Below are positions 40,980 to 53,557 of a stretch of DNA of 64,000 nt, one piece after another; position 1 is the stretch's first letter; the number at the start of each line of letters is the position of its first letter. The stretch comes from Eledone cirrhosa (lineage: Eukaryota). Where the stretch lies: assembly GCA_964016885.1 (NCBI GenBank), contig OZ024742.1, forward strand, positions 161,200,001 through 161,264,000, given 5' to 3'. The notes below the pieces were generated by a model. That model was not told the origin of the DNA. It was given only the letters and a program-made list of their open reading frames with translations, and ran no database searches. The position numbers and the translations under genes were made by a program.

Positions 40980-42289
40980 CCTACATATATATATGGTGGC
41001 TGCCAACTCGTTTTCGAGTACGGCCACTACTCTATATCCATGTAGAAGAACCCCTACCGATGCGCTGAACAAGTGTGACTTTTTAGTCCAGCCAGCAATT
41101 TGAAAACTCTGGTACAAACACTACACTTGTGACAATTATTGACACATAGTGCTGGGCCCATGGTACCATGTGATGACAAGTGCAGAGAGATCTCCAGATA
41201 TAAAGCAATGCATGTGCCGTGAAGCTTTTATAGTGAGCAAAGGCACTGCACAAAGCCAGTCCCACTCTCTTAACCAAGATGATATTTACCAAAAAGTAGA
41301 ACAAGTCAACATCATTGGATACCATAAGAGTTTCAGGTGTTATATCAGAGTTTTCCTTCTCCTAGAATTCTGCCTTGACAACGGCTAAGGGGTCATCTCT
41401 CCCGGTGATTTTGGATGGCCATTGACTCTTAAAAGCTCCTTTGCCCTTTGACAGGTTTTGTTTTTAGTCCTTCAGGATGTCCAAATTCACCCTCCCCACC
41501 AAGAAACCTTGGTGGGGTTGCCAGTTTAGTCGCCAACGACCCGACCATGAAACAGGTTGTACTGGGATACATACATACATACATACATACATACATACAT
41601 ACATACATACATACATACATACATACATACATACATACATACATACATGGTGGCTGCCAACTCGTTTTCGAGTACGGCCACTACTTTATATCCATGTAGG
41701 AGAACCCCTACCGATGCGCTGAACGAGTGTGACTTTTTAGTCCAGCCAGCGACTTGAAAACTCTGGTACAAACACTACACTTGTGACAATTATTGACACA
41801 TAGTGCTGAGCCCATGGTACCATGTGACGACAAGTGCAGAGAGATCTCCAGATATAAAGCAATGCCTGTGCCGTGAAGCTTTTATAGTGAGCAAAGGCAC
41901 TGCACAAAGCCAGTCCCACTCTCTTAACCAAGATGATATTTACCAAAAAGAAGAACAAGTCAACATCATTGGATACCATCAGAGTTTCAGGTGTTATATC
42001 AGAGTTTTCCTTCTCCTAGAATTCTGCCTTGACAAAGGCTAAGGGGTCATCTCTCCCGGTGATTTTGGATGGCCATTGACTCTTAAGAGCTCTTTTGCCC
42101 TTTGACAGGTTTTGTTTTTAGTCCTGCAGGATGTCCAAATTCACCCTCCTCACCAAGAAACCTTGGTGGAGTTGCCAGTTTCGTCGCCAACGACCCGATC
42201 ATGAGACAGGTTGTACTGGGATACATGTTAAAAGTAGCACCAACTGGTGACCTGACATACATACATACATACATACATACATACATACA

Positions 42290-42325
<36 letters not shown>

Positions 42326-42712
42326 TACATACATACATATATATACCTACATATATATATGGTGGCTGCCAACTCGTTTTCGAGTACGGCCACTACTTTA
42401 TATCCATGTAGGAGAACCCCTACCGATGCGCTGAACAAGTGTGACATTTTAGTCCAGCCAGCGATTTGAAAACTCTGGTACAAACACTACACTTGTGACA
42501 ATTATTGACACATAGTGCTGGGCCCACGGTACCATGTGATGACAAGTGCAGAGAGATCTCCAGATATAAAGCAATGCCTGTGCCGTGAAGCTTTTATAGT
42601 GAGCAAAGGCACTGCACAAAGCCAGTCCCACTCTCTTTACCAAGATGATATTTACCAAAAAGAAGAACAAGTCAACATCATTGGATACCATCAGAGTTTC
42701 AGGTGTTATATC
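37053..42712 (-). repeat. Head-to-tail array of 8 copies of a 570-610-bp non-autonomous RTE-derived element separated by (TACA)n
   Basis: Units at about 37053-37664, 38391-38963, 39023-39630, 39645-40219, 40303-40912, 40993-41567, 41647-42256 and 42359-42712. The sense strand has RTE-like 5' UTR sequence joined to a 3' end encoding HKCSVCARVFKSLA.LKSH, then gcagccacc(ATGT)n. Confidence 0.88.
37878..38310 (-). pseudogene. RTE (BovB-like) RT fragment embedded in the array
   Basis: MIFSARQLQEKC.EQ, FVDLRKAFDTVNR, APTLF, DLLYAVD. The 5' edge abuts the (TACA)n tract. Confidence 0.85.
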
Positions 42713-42725
42713 ATACATACATACA

Positions 42726-45700
42726 TTCCATCAGTCAACGCGATCAGTCGCATATTTTGGCGTGGGCGACTATTTATTAAATTTAAGATGAATATTATCT
42801 CCGACAGTAATGCCACAACTACAGCCAGGTTGAATAACTGGTTATTCTTCTAACTATCCCTTCTGAAAACACATTTTATTCGAATTCGTAGAGATATCCG
42901 ACTAAATACATAATTCATTTTACAAGGATTTGCTACAAACAGCATGGTTGAATACAACATCAACAAGAAAATTAAGGAAGTATCGAAGACAAATAACAAA
43001 GAAGGTAATCAAACTTTATTCAGTTGTAACTACAGAAGAAACCGATATTATAAATCGCATTTCTCTTGGAGTTGCGAACTTAATAATGATTTATTTAATT
43101 GTTATAAAATGGCAAAAAACAATCCCTCCATTGGCTATATGAATAGAATGAAGCTACACTGGGATGAAATGCACCCAGAGCTAAATTATTTCACAGCGAA
43201 ACAATTACGCCAACAAGCGACGTTTGTTGAACAAGATAAATATTATTAATTGTAAGTCCCCCACAACAAACATGGAATCAACAACACGTGCTACAGATCG
43301 CCATGCTACTAGACTTCCTAGCAGCCAGGTCGAACAGCGCTTTGAAACAACTATGCCTGTAAGAAACTTGACACCACTTGTACCATCTAAGTTTACCTCG
43401 AATGCTGGGGAAAACACTATCGATAATAATAATAATCGAAGAAATAATAATAATAATCGAATAAATGTGACACCACGTATACCATCCGAGTCTACCTCGA
43501 CTGTTGTGGAAAATACTATCGATAATGATAATCAAAAGTATAAACAATTGAAAATTTCCCTCAACGAAATCTTCCAGAGAGAAATTAACTCATGTATAAA
43601 TATCTCTTTGGCTGAACGTGTTAAAATGACAATGGTGAATAAAAAACCAAATAATGAAATACTACGTGTTATTGACGAAATAGGGGATGAATATTTACGA
43701 CGGATAAAAAACCCCAACATTTTGGCAAATCAACGCCTGTTTATATTCCTTAGCAACGACAGTGAAGCATTATCTTGGTGATAGCAGAGATATTAACAAG
43801 AACAAAACACCACCAAAAATACCATCATATATAACTAAACTAGAAAAAAAGAGTGCTGACCTACGAAAAAACATAGGACATGTGACAATGCTCCTTACAT
43901 GCAAACAAACACAAAAAAAACTCACTCCTCATCAACAAAGAGTGAAAAATAAAATAAAGACGATGTTTGGTAACAGTAGAACCAGAACTCTCCAATATAA
44001 GCTGATCACCCTCAAACAAGAATTCAGAGCTGCTAGCGAAAAACGCCGATACCTGAAGAAGGTAGATGAGAGAAAAATGCTTAATAAAAGATTCAGACGA
44101 AACCAAACATCGGTCTATAGAGATATGAAGGGCAAAATAGTAAGTGTCACTGAGGCCCCATCCCAGAAAGACATAGATTCCTTTTGGAGAAATGTATGGA
44201 GTGAGAAGAAGAATTTCAACCAAAATGCAGTGTGGCTAAGAGAAATCCGAAAGAACTATTGCTCCTACACTACAACAAAAACATATGAAATAAGTGAGGG
44301 TACACTTGAGACTGTGATAGGAAAACTCCAAGATAAGAAAACACCAGGAAGAGACATGATTGTCGGCTACTGGTACAAAAAACTGATATTCTATTGGAGG
44401 TATCTTACTGACCTCTACCAACAAGTTCTTAAGGGAGATACACTTATACCAGAATGGTTGACATTAGCACAAACGTTACTGGTCCCCAAGAACAAAGACA
44501 CCCACTTGGCAAAAAACTACCGACCCATTGCATGCCAGAACCTGATGTATAAATGTATACAGCCTGCCTGAACCTATTCCTCCAAGATCACTGTGAAAAT
44601 AATAACATCATCTCAGATGAACAAGCAGCTGGAAAGAAAAGGGTTTGGGGATGTGCTGAACAACTCCTAATCAACAAAATTGCGATGTCGGAGGTTCGAC
44701 AACTTAGGAGGAATATGATTACAGTCTGGCTGGACTACAAGAAAGCTTTCGATTCTGTTCCCCACTCTTGGATGATAGAGGCCCTCCAACTTGCTAAAGT
44801 CCCAAACATTATTGTCAGAGCCATAGAGAGGCTGTCTTCTTCTTGGGCTACTATCCTAAGGTTAAAGACAGAGAGGGAGGACTCTATTTTCACTGATAAA
44901 ATAAAATATTGCAGGGGTATATTTCAGGGGGACAGTTTCTCTGTGATATTGTTCATCTTGTCATTAAACCCCTTGTACTTTCTGCTCAAGAAATGTGAGG
45001 GATACATCATTGGCTCACAGGAGGACAGAAATACGAACCTAACCCATAATTTCTTTGTGGACGATCTGAAACTCTATGCCAAGAACATGGATGGGATGAA
45101 GAAAAATCTTGACCTGGTTACAACGTTCTCAAAGGATATGGGAATGGAGTTTGGCCAAGATAAATGCTCATACATGACTGTAAAGCGGGGAAAAACAACG
45201 ACCCAATCTAGCAACATTGTCATCAATGGCCTAACTGTTTCACCGATATCTGATGAGGACCGCTACAGATACCTGAGGATAGATGAGAACATATCCTATA
45301 ATTGTATCTGTAAATAAATAACGCGTAACCAGGTAATACTACACCCGATTAAGAAAGATCTGGTCATCGGAACACTCTGCGCAAAACAAAACAGTGGCTC
45401 ACAATATGTTTGCTGTGCCTGTCCTAACACCAACGTTTGGAATACTCAATTGGACGATAGACGAAATCCGAGCAGTTGATGTTGGAACTCGAAAAATACT
45501 GAACAACACCGGAAACTTCCACATCAACAGTGACATAGACCGCCTTTACTTGAAACGTAAGCAGGGAAGCAGAGGCCTAACATCAGTCCAGACAACATTT
45601 TAATGTCGCATCATATCTCTCCGACAATATCTACGAACCTCGAAGCGTAGGAGCCCGCTTCTCGAGCAAGTCTATCTGCATGAAACAGATAAGATCATGA

Positions 45701-46840
45701 GAGTTGGGAAGGAACTCCTTGAGAGATATTCCCTGTGTGATAATCAAAAACTCACACCCAGGGATGTCGCTCAGCAGTATCGCAGTGAATCTATGGATGA
45801 AAAACTGCATGCCTATCAGCAAAAAATCATGCATGGATATGTTGCCAGGAAGCTCCAGAATGAGAGTAATATAGATAAGGAAAGTAGTCTATCTTGGACC
45901 AACAACCGCTATATTGGCTCCCACTTTGAAGGATACGCTTTTGCAATCCAAGAACAGGATATTAGCACGAAATACCTGATTCACAAACGAGATGGGGATG
46001 CAGGAAAAACGCCTAGATGTGATAACAAGTGCATGCTCTGCAGAACTAACATCGAGGATATCACCCATGTCAACAGCAGCTGTCCAAAGATGCCATCGCG
46101 GTACTATCTACCTATTGTACTATCTACCATTGTACAATGCAGTTCGTAAAAAGATAGCCCCGATAATAAGCACATTAAAAGCTACAACAATGTGGAAGAC
46201 ATCCATGTACATAATATGAAAGAGTACTGGTGGAATGTTCCAGTAAAAACCCAATAAAATTCTTGCATAACAGACCAGATATTATGATATGGGACAGGGA
46301 GAAGAAAACATGCACAGTAGTGGAAATTAGCTGCCCAGCAGATGCCAATATAATATCAAAGATTAGTGAAAAGGAGAATATTTATGCAGAACTGATGAGA
46401 GATCTGCAGATACTCCACCATGATTACACCTTCAGATTTATGCCTGTGATTATTGGGGCACTGGGATATGTTAGTAACTGCCTCAATACAAATCTTGAGA
46501 AGCTAGGCTTCACAGGAAAAGAAAGAACACAAATAGTTAGGAAATTACAAGTACAATCCATTAATGGAACAGTAAAGATATGTAAAACATTCCAAAAATG
46601 TTGCATCTAATAACTGCATATACACATGTACAGATACAAAGCATATACACATGCACACATACAACTCAAAACATACACTTCCACACATACAATAACATCC
46701 ATATCTATACATGCATGCATACATACATATCTACCTAGTTGATGTTGTGTAAATTCCAATGAGAGAGTCTTGTGTCTATGTTAGAAACCGACTCTCTCTC
46801 TCTATTGGTAAAACTTTGTGAAATTATAAAACCAGAAGAA
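42726..46840 (+). mobile_element. R4/Dong-clade RLE retrotransposon family A, near full length (4.1 kb), decayed, flanked by (TACA)n
   Basis: NYRPIAC, WLDYKKAFDSVPH, GIFQGDS, HNFFVDDLKLY, FGQDKC, KCMLC...ITHV...C, NRPDIMI..VEISCP..EK..Y. 3' UTR hairpin at 46756-46807. Confidence 0.92.
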
Positions 46841-46857
46841 CATACATACATACATAC

Positions 46858-47187
46858 ATGGTGGCTGCCAACTCGTTTTCGAGTACGGCCACTACTTTAT
46901 ATCCATGTAGGAGAACCCCTACCGATGCGCTGAACGAGTGTGACCTTTTAGTCCAGCCAGCGACTTGAAAACTCTGGTTTAAACACTACACTTGTGACAA
47001 TTATTGACACATAGTTCTGGGCCCATGGTACCATGTGACGACAAGTGCAAAGATATAAAGCAATGCCTGTGCCGTGAAGCTTTTATAGTGAGCAAAGGCA
47101 CTGCACAAAGCCAGTCCCACTCTCTTAACCAAGATGATATTTACCAAAAAGAAGAACAAGTCAACATCATTGGATACCACAGGGTTG
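46858..47187 (-). mobile_element. Ninth, 5'-truncated copy of the RTE-derived array unit
   Basis: Near identity to the array units, with TACA on both sides. Confidence 0.9.
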
Positions 47188-47485
47188 CATACATACATAC
47201 ATACATAATATCTACAGTTAAAAACCCTCCTCAGAGAAACTTTTGTATCCTCATCCTCTAAAGATGATTTCAATAAGGAAATCTCGTTAACAACGGGTTT
47301 CTCAACACTTGAGTTGACTTTGCCATATAACAAGATAAGAAGAAATTTAGTCTCACTGATACAACAGAAGCAACACAAAGAAATAAATACACAAACCAGA
47401 TTCCTTATACAAGAACCAAATGTACCTTGGTAATAGAATGGATGAACGCATCATTAAAAAACTCATAAAACATACAAATATAGCA

Positions 47486-47852
47486 TACTCTGTAAAGGAG
47501 GGTGGTAAGCAGGGGTGGGAATATGCGGGGCACCGGAATAAGCGGAGGTGGTTGGAAAATCGATAAATTTTCTAGGTTATCTCCGCTGATTTTTTTTATA
47601 AACCAGAATTAGTAGTTTAGTTTACATATTTAGACCCCAACTCATCCTATGTATTTTATAACGTATGAGATTAATAATGTACTTTTTTTGTCATGTGTAA
47701 TGTTTTTTTAATGTCTAGAAAAATCATTTGACGCAGGAATACTACCGCTTAAAATAAGATTTCGCCGGAGATAGATTAGTAAAATTTAATAAGGGGGAAG
47801 GGTCTGAAAAATGAATATGCGGGGATGGGACGATTATTTGGGACCCGAGAGT
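47486..47852. mobile_element. MITE-like element with TACTCT termini, related to 14555-14610
   Basis: The end gggacgattatttgggacccgagagta is the reverse complement counterpart of tactctcggctctcgaattatcgccc at 14555. Confidence 0.5.
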
Positions 47853-48169
47853 ATGTGAAACCTATTATAATAACTGCCAAATTATAACTGGGAAATTTAA
47901 ATCATACAACTAGTATGACCATTCTGCGGGTTGCCGACGTTCTAGTTTTCAGTGAGGTTCAGTACGACATGTCTGACCCTATAAATGAAAGACATTTTCT
48001 CAATAAAACCAGAAAAGTGGAAAAGAAAGGGTCGATAGTGTAAAATTACATACACATGTACACCAGGTCCGAACACAGAGGAACCAAACTCCCACTCTCT
48101 CGCCTTCCCCATCTCTCACGTTTCGGCCCTATAAATTATAGTTACAACTACTTTTTTTTTGTGTTTTGC

Positions 48170-48300
48170 CTGCTGAGTGAACAGAAGCAACTAGAGAAAT
48201 GCAGTATCTCTAGCTCAAAGGCCTAACACAACAGGAAATCGAACTGATGACCTTACGACCGTAAGCCTAACACCCTAAAGCACTAAACCTCGCGTCTCTT
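48170..48300 (-). mobile_element. tRNA-derived CORE-like SINE, diverged
   Basis: Reverse B box (aatcgaact) and CORE-like agtatctctagctcaaaggcctaacac. Confidence 0.5.
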
Positions 48301-48469
48301 ACGTACGACCAGTAGCATTCCAATAACTGTCAAAAAGAATGAAGAGAGAGTGATGTCAGTGGTGAAGTTAAGTTACTATGACAAATGCTACAACAGTAAC
48401 GAGAGAAGTGGAAATAACGTTCTACAAACTGAATTTGAAGTGTAATTACTGAAATTTAGGAAATTCAAT

Positions 48470-49630
<1,161 letters not shown>

Positions 49631-49706
49631 TTGTGCGTGTGTATAAATTAGCAGTAGCACTAACATAACATGATTCATACGAAATCATATATAATATGTT
49701 TATATA

Positions 49707-49891
49707 TAATTGTTTCTACTTTTGGCACAAGGCCAGCAATTCACCAGTACATTACTGGTACTTTATTTTATCGACCCCGTAAGGATGAAAGGCAAAGTTA
49801 ACCTCGGCGGGATTTCAGGTCAGACTGTAAAGGGACATAACTATGCTAGAAAGCATGGCGTCCAACCCTCTGCCGATGCTCCCAATCCACC
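49707..49891 (-). mobile_element. tRNA-derived SINE (Meta-like family)
   Basis: Close match to 17228-17410. Confidence 0.85.
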
Positions 49892-50103
49892 AATAAACAT
49901 ACAACTATATAAGTCACGTTATAACTGTTTAAAGTTCTGGTCATGTCACAGTCATCTCAATAGCCAGGTGAGAACGCCAGATACTAGTGTTTCAGGAGTT
50001 TTTAATCCATCATTAGTGACGTTTACTCACTCGGTATTGTAGATGGTTTATATGCAAAACGTTTATAAGCTATAGCTTATTCTAGTCTCACTATGAAGTG
50101 AGT

Positions 50104-50150
50104 AACATCACTGATGACGGATAAAAATTCAGAAACCCGCGTCTGATGTT
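50104..50150 (+). ncRNA. Minimal type-I hammerhead ribozyme-like fold (Penelope-type)
   Basis: Stem I AACAUCA/UGAUGUU, CUGAUGA, stem II GGAU/AUUC with an extra flanking C and A, GAAAC-CCGC-GUC cleavage site. Confidence 0.6.
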
Positions 50151-50252
50151 TTCATATGACTACTGACATAGTTGAGACATAACCACAGCTTAAACCGTCT
50201 TAACGAGACTTATATATGTTTATTAAACAAAAACATATTGTCTATTATATAC

Positions 50253-50301
<49 letters not shown>

Positions 50302-50303
50302 TA

Positions 50304-50969
<666 letters not shown>

Positions 50970-51466
50970 TATATCATATAATACATAGCAGAGTTCAAAT
51001 ATTTAATATAGAAATGGCTTCTACAGGACTAGAACTGTTTCATTCGAAGGAAGTGAAACCTTGCTCCGTAAGGTTTTTCCGTGGCGATCTCAGTAAAGTG
51101 AGGTCCGCAGTTGTCACTGCCAACAGGCTTATACCCATCGGCTTATTATAACTGATTCCACTTTCTCTTCGGTTACTTACAGACATGTGTCATTGTCCTG
51201 TGTCCCAACTTCTATCGGTATGTTTACTTCGTTTTTTCCTCTTTTCCTTTTTTTCTTCTTCCGCTTTCTTCATTATCACTTCTTTCCCTCGTGGATAAAA
51301 GGCCATGGGCACGCTACAGATCGATGTTTTGTTTTAAACGCCGAAACATCTATGATCGGTAGTAAACAGCTGATGAAGGGATACTTTTCTTCTCTTGTTT
51401 ACGTCCCGCTTAGCTTCTAACACTTCGTTTTCAGTAACCACATGTCTGCCTCTTCACCTGTATTTT

Positions 51467-51524
<58 letters not shown>

Positions 51525-51827
51525 TTAAAACAACGACAGAAGGCCCGCCTGGAAAATGTACTTTAGAATTTTAATTCTGCGCAAACACTATACATATTTC
51601 CATGGTCCAACCCTAACATCCGATTATGATACAAAGCTAGACGATTTCATCAACTGTTATTTGCAGAATTATATTACAGGATCACGTTGAACCCAAACAG
51701 AGAATGGAAGATAGAAGATGGAAAAATAGAAAAATAAAATAGTGGACCGATTTGATTCGGGGACAACCAGCCAATTTGGTGTTATATCGATGGCAGACGG
51801 CCACGTCTGTATGTATGTGTGTGTATG

Positions 51828-52368
51828 TTATCTCTTTCTCTTAATTTAGAGTATATTTTTTTGACCGGCCACCTTCCTGGTGGCAAGGTTGTAAAAGAAA
51901 AGAAATTGTCATCCCTTGAATCGCAAGAATGTTTTGCAAATTTTGAAGGTGCCAGCTATCGCAGCCATTTGTAGACTATGAATTAGGGAGCTGCGCTTTT
52001 TGTCCGCAAATCCAAGTTCAGTCATACTTTGGTCCAAGCGGGTTGGTATATAACCCGTAGCTCCAATAATGATGGGTATGAAGCTAAAGGTGTATCTTGG
52101 ATACTGGATTTGTAAACTCCTCATCAATGGTCCGTAGATGTCCTCCTACTCCTGTATTTTTCTGACAACGTTTACATTAAGTGGGCAGCTGATCTCCACA
52201 ACAGAACACGTTTTCAATGTGTCCTCCCAAATAACAATATCAGGCCGGTTGTGCTTTAATTTGGTGGCAGTTTTTATTTTCAGGTTCCACCAATATTCCT
52301 TAGTGCCATCTGTCTCAATATATTCTTCCTCGTTTGTTGTTAATTTGTTTTCCAAAGTGCGTTCCAGA
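51828..52368 (-). mobile_element. R4/Dong-clade family B, RLE domain + 3' UTR only
   Basis: EYWWN..KHNRPDIVIW..VEISCP, IIIGATG, KICKTF. TACA tracts on both sides. Confidence 0.88.
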
Positions 52369-52450
52369 TGTACGTATGTATGTATGTATGTATGTATGTA
52401 TGTATGTATGTATGTATGTATGTATGTATGTATGTATGTATGTATGTATG

Positions 52451-53541
52451 TTATCTCTTTCTCTTAATTTCGAGTATATTTTTTTGACCGGCCACCTTCC
52501 TGGTGGCAAGGTTGTAAAAGAAAAGAAATTGTTTTACATAGCTTACATTTATTTCAGCTGCTGGCCCTCCCCTTTTGTGCAGCAGATAGTTGGTAGGGAG
52601 TTGTTGTTCCTGTATTGCATAGAGATATCCCTCAAGGTGTGATGTCATAAACTTGTCGGAACTCCATGCCAGGCTTTTTGAGTGGTTTATCCCCTCTATG
52701 GTCTGCGTTTTACGTCTCAAGTATCCATTCACAACTTTTTCTGTAAATTGGTCAATTTTTTCATCTTGTTTGAACATTGAATAGGATCTTCCGATTTCTC
52801 TGGGTGAAAGATTTATATCAGGCTTTATTCCATATCTCTCCTCCAGATCAGTCGCTAATCTAATGTTTTTTTTTTTTTCATGCTCATAAACCTGGGCAAG
52901 ATGGTTGCCAACCTTTTTCCTCTGTTGAAGGTGTTGCTTCAGTGTTACTATCCGGGTCCCGTATGTTGTTAATATGGATTTTAGACCCCGGCCACCTTCC
53001 TTGAGTGAGAAGTATAGCCTATCCACATCACCATTGATGTTAAAGTTCCCAGTAACACTGAGAAGTTTGCGAGTTCTAACATCCATCTCACTTACTTCTT
53101 GCAGTGACCAGTTCAGGATGCCAAATATTGGCGTTAGAATTGGCACAGCATAAGTATTGTGGGCAATGTATTTGTTGTACGCTGACAGTTCTGATGACCA
53201 TATTTTCTTTACTCTTCTGAGGTATTCAGTTCTGGTTCTCTCCTTATTTATGGGTCCATCATATCTGACATTCTCATCCAGTCCAAGATATCTGTAGTTG
53301 TCACCTGACTGTAGAGGTTGTATTGTCAGGCCGTTCATCTCTAGATTTCTAGAGGAGGGCACAGCTCTTCCATGTTTTGCTGCCAAATATGCACACTTGG
53401 ACTCACCAAATTTCATTTTGATGTCTGTTGAAAATTGTGTAATGAAGTCCAATTGTTTCTTGATGTCATTGATATTTGGCCCATACAACTTCAGGTCATC
53501 AACAAAGAAAAGATGGAAGATACTTCTGGACCCACTTATTT
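52451..53541 (-). mobile_element. R4/Dong-clade family B, RT C-terminal half joined directly to the 3' UTR (RLE deleted)
   Basis: HLFFVDDLKLY, FGESKC, YRYLG, AIQEQ. The 3' UTR is nearly identical to 51828-51908. Confidence 0.88.
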
Positions 53542-53557
53542 GATGTATGTATGTATG

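Noticed and set aside
37053-42712. CRISPR-like or tandem gene array (repeated 80-aa ORF MVSNDVDLFFF...)
   Set aside because: Eukaryotic context, the units are near-identical rather than unique spacers, and there are no cas genes. The ORF recurs only because the unit is repeated and has no recognisable domain.
37053-42712. Hammerhead retrozyme array
   Set aside because: No CUGANGA...GAAA core found on either strand of the unit.
51340-51390. Hammerhead from gaaac...ctgatgaaggg (also ctgatgag at about 4463)
   Set aside because: Could not form the required stems around the core.
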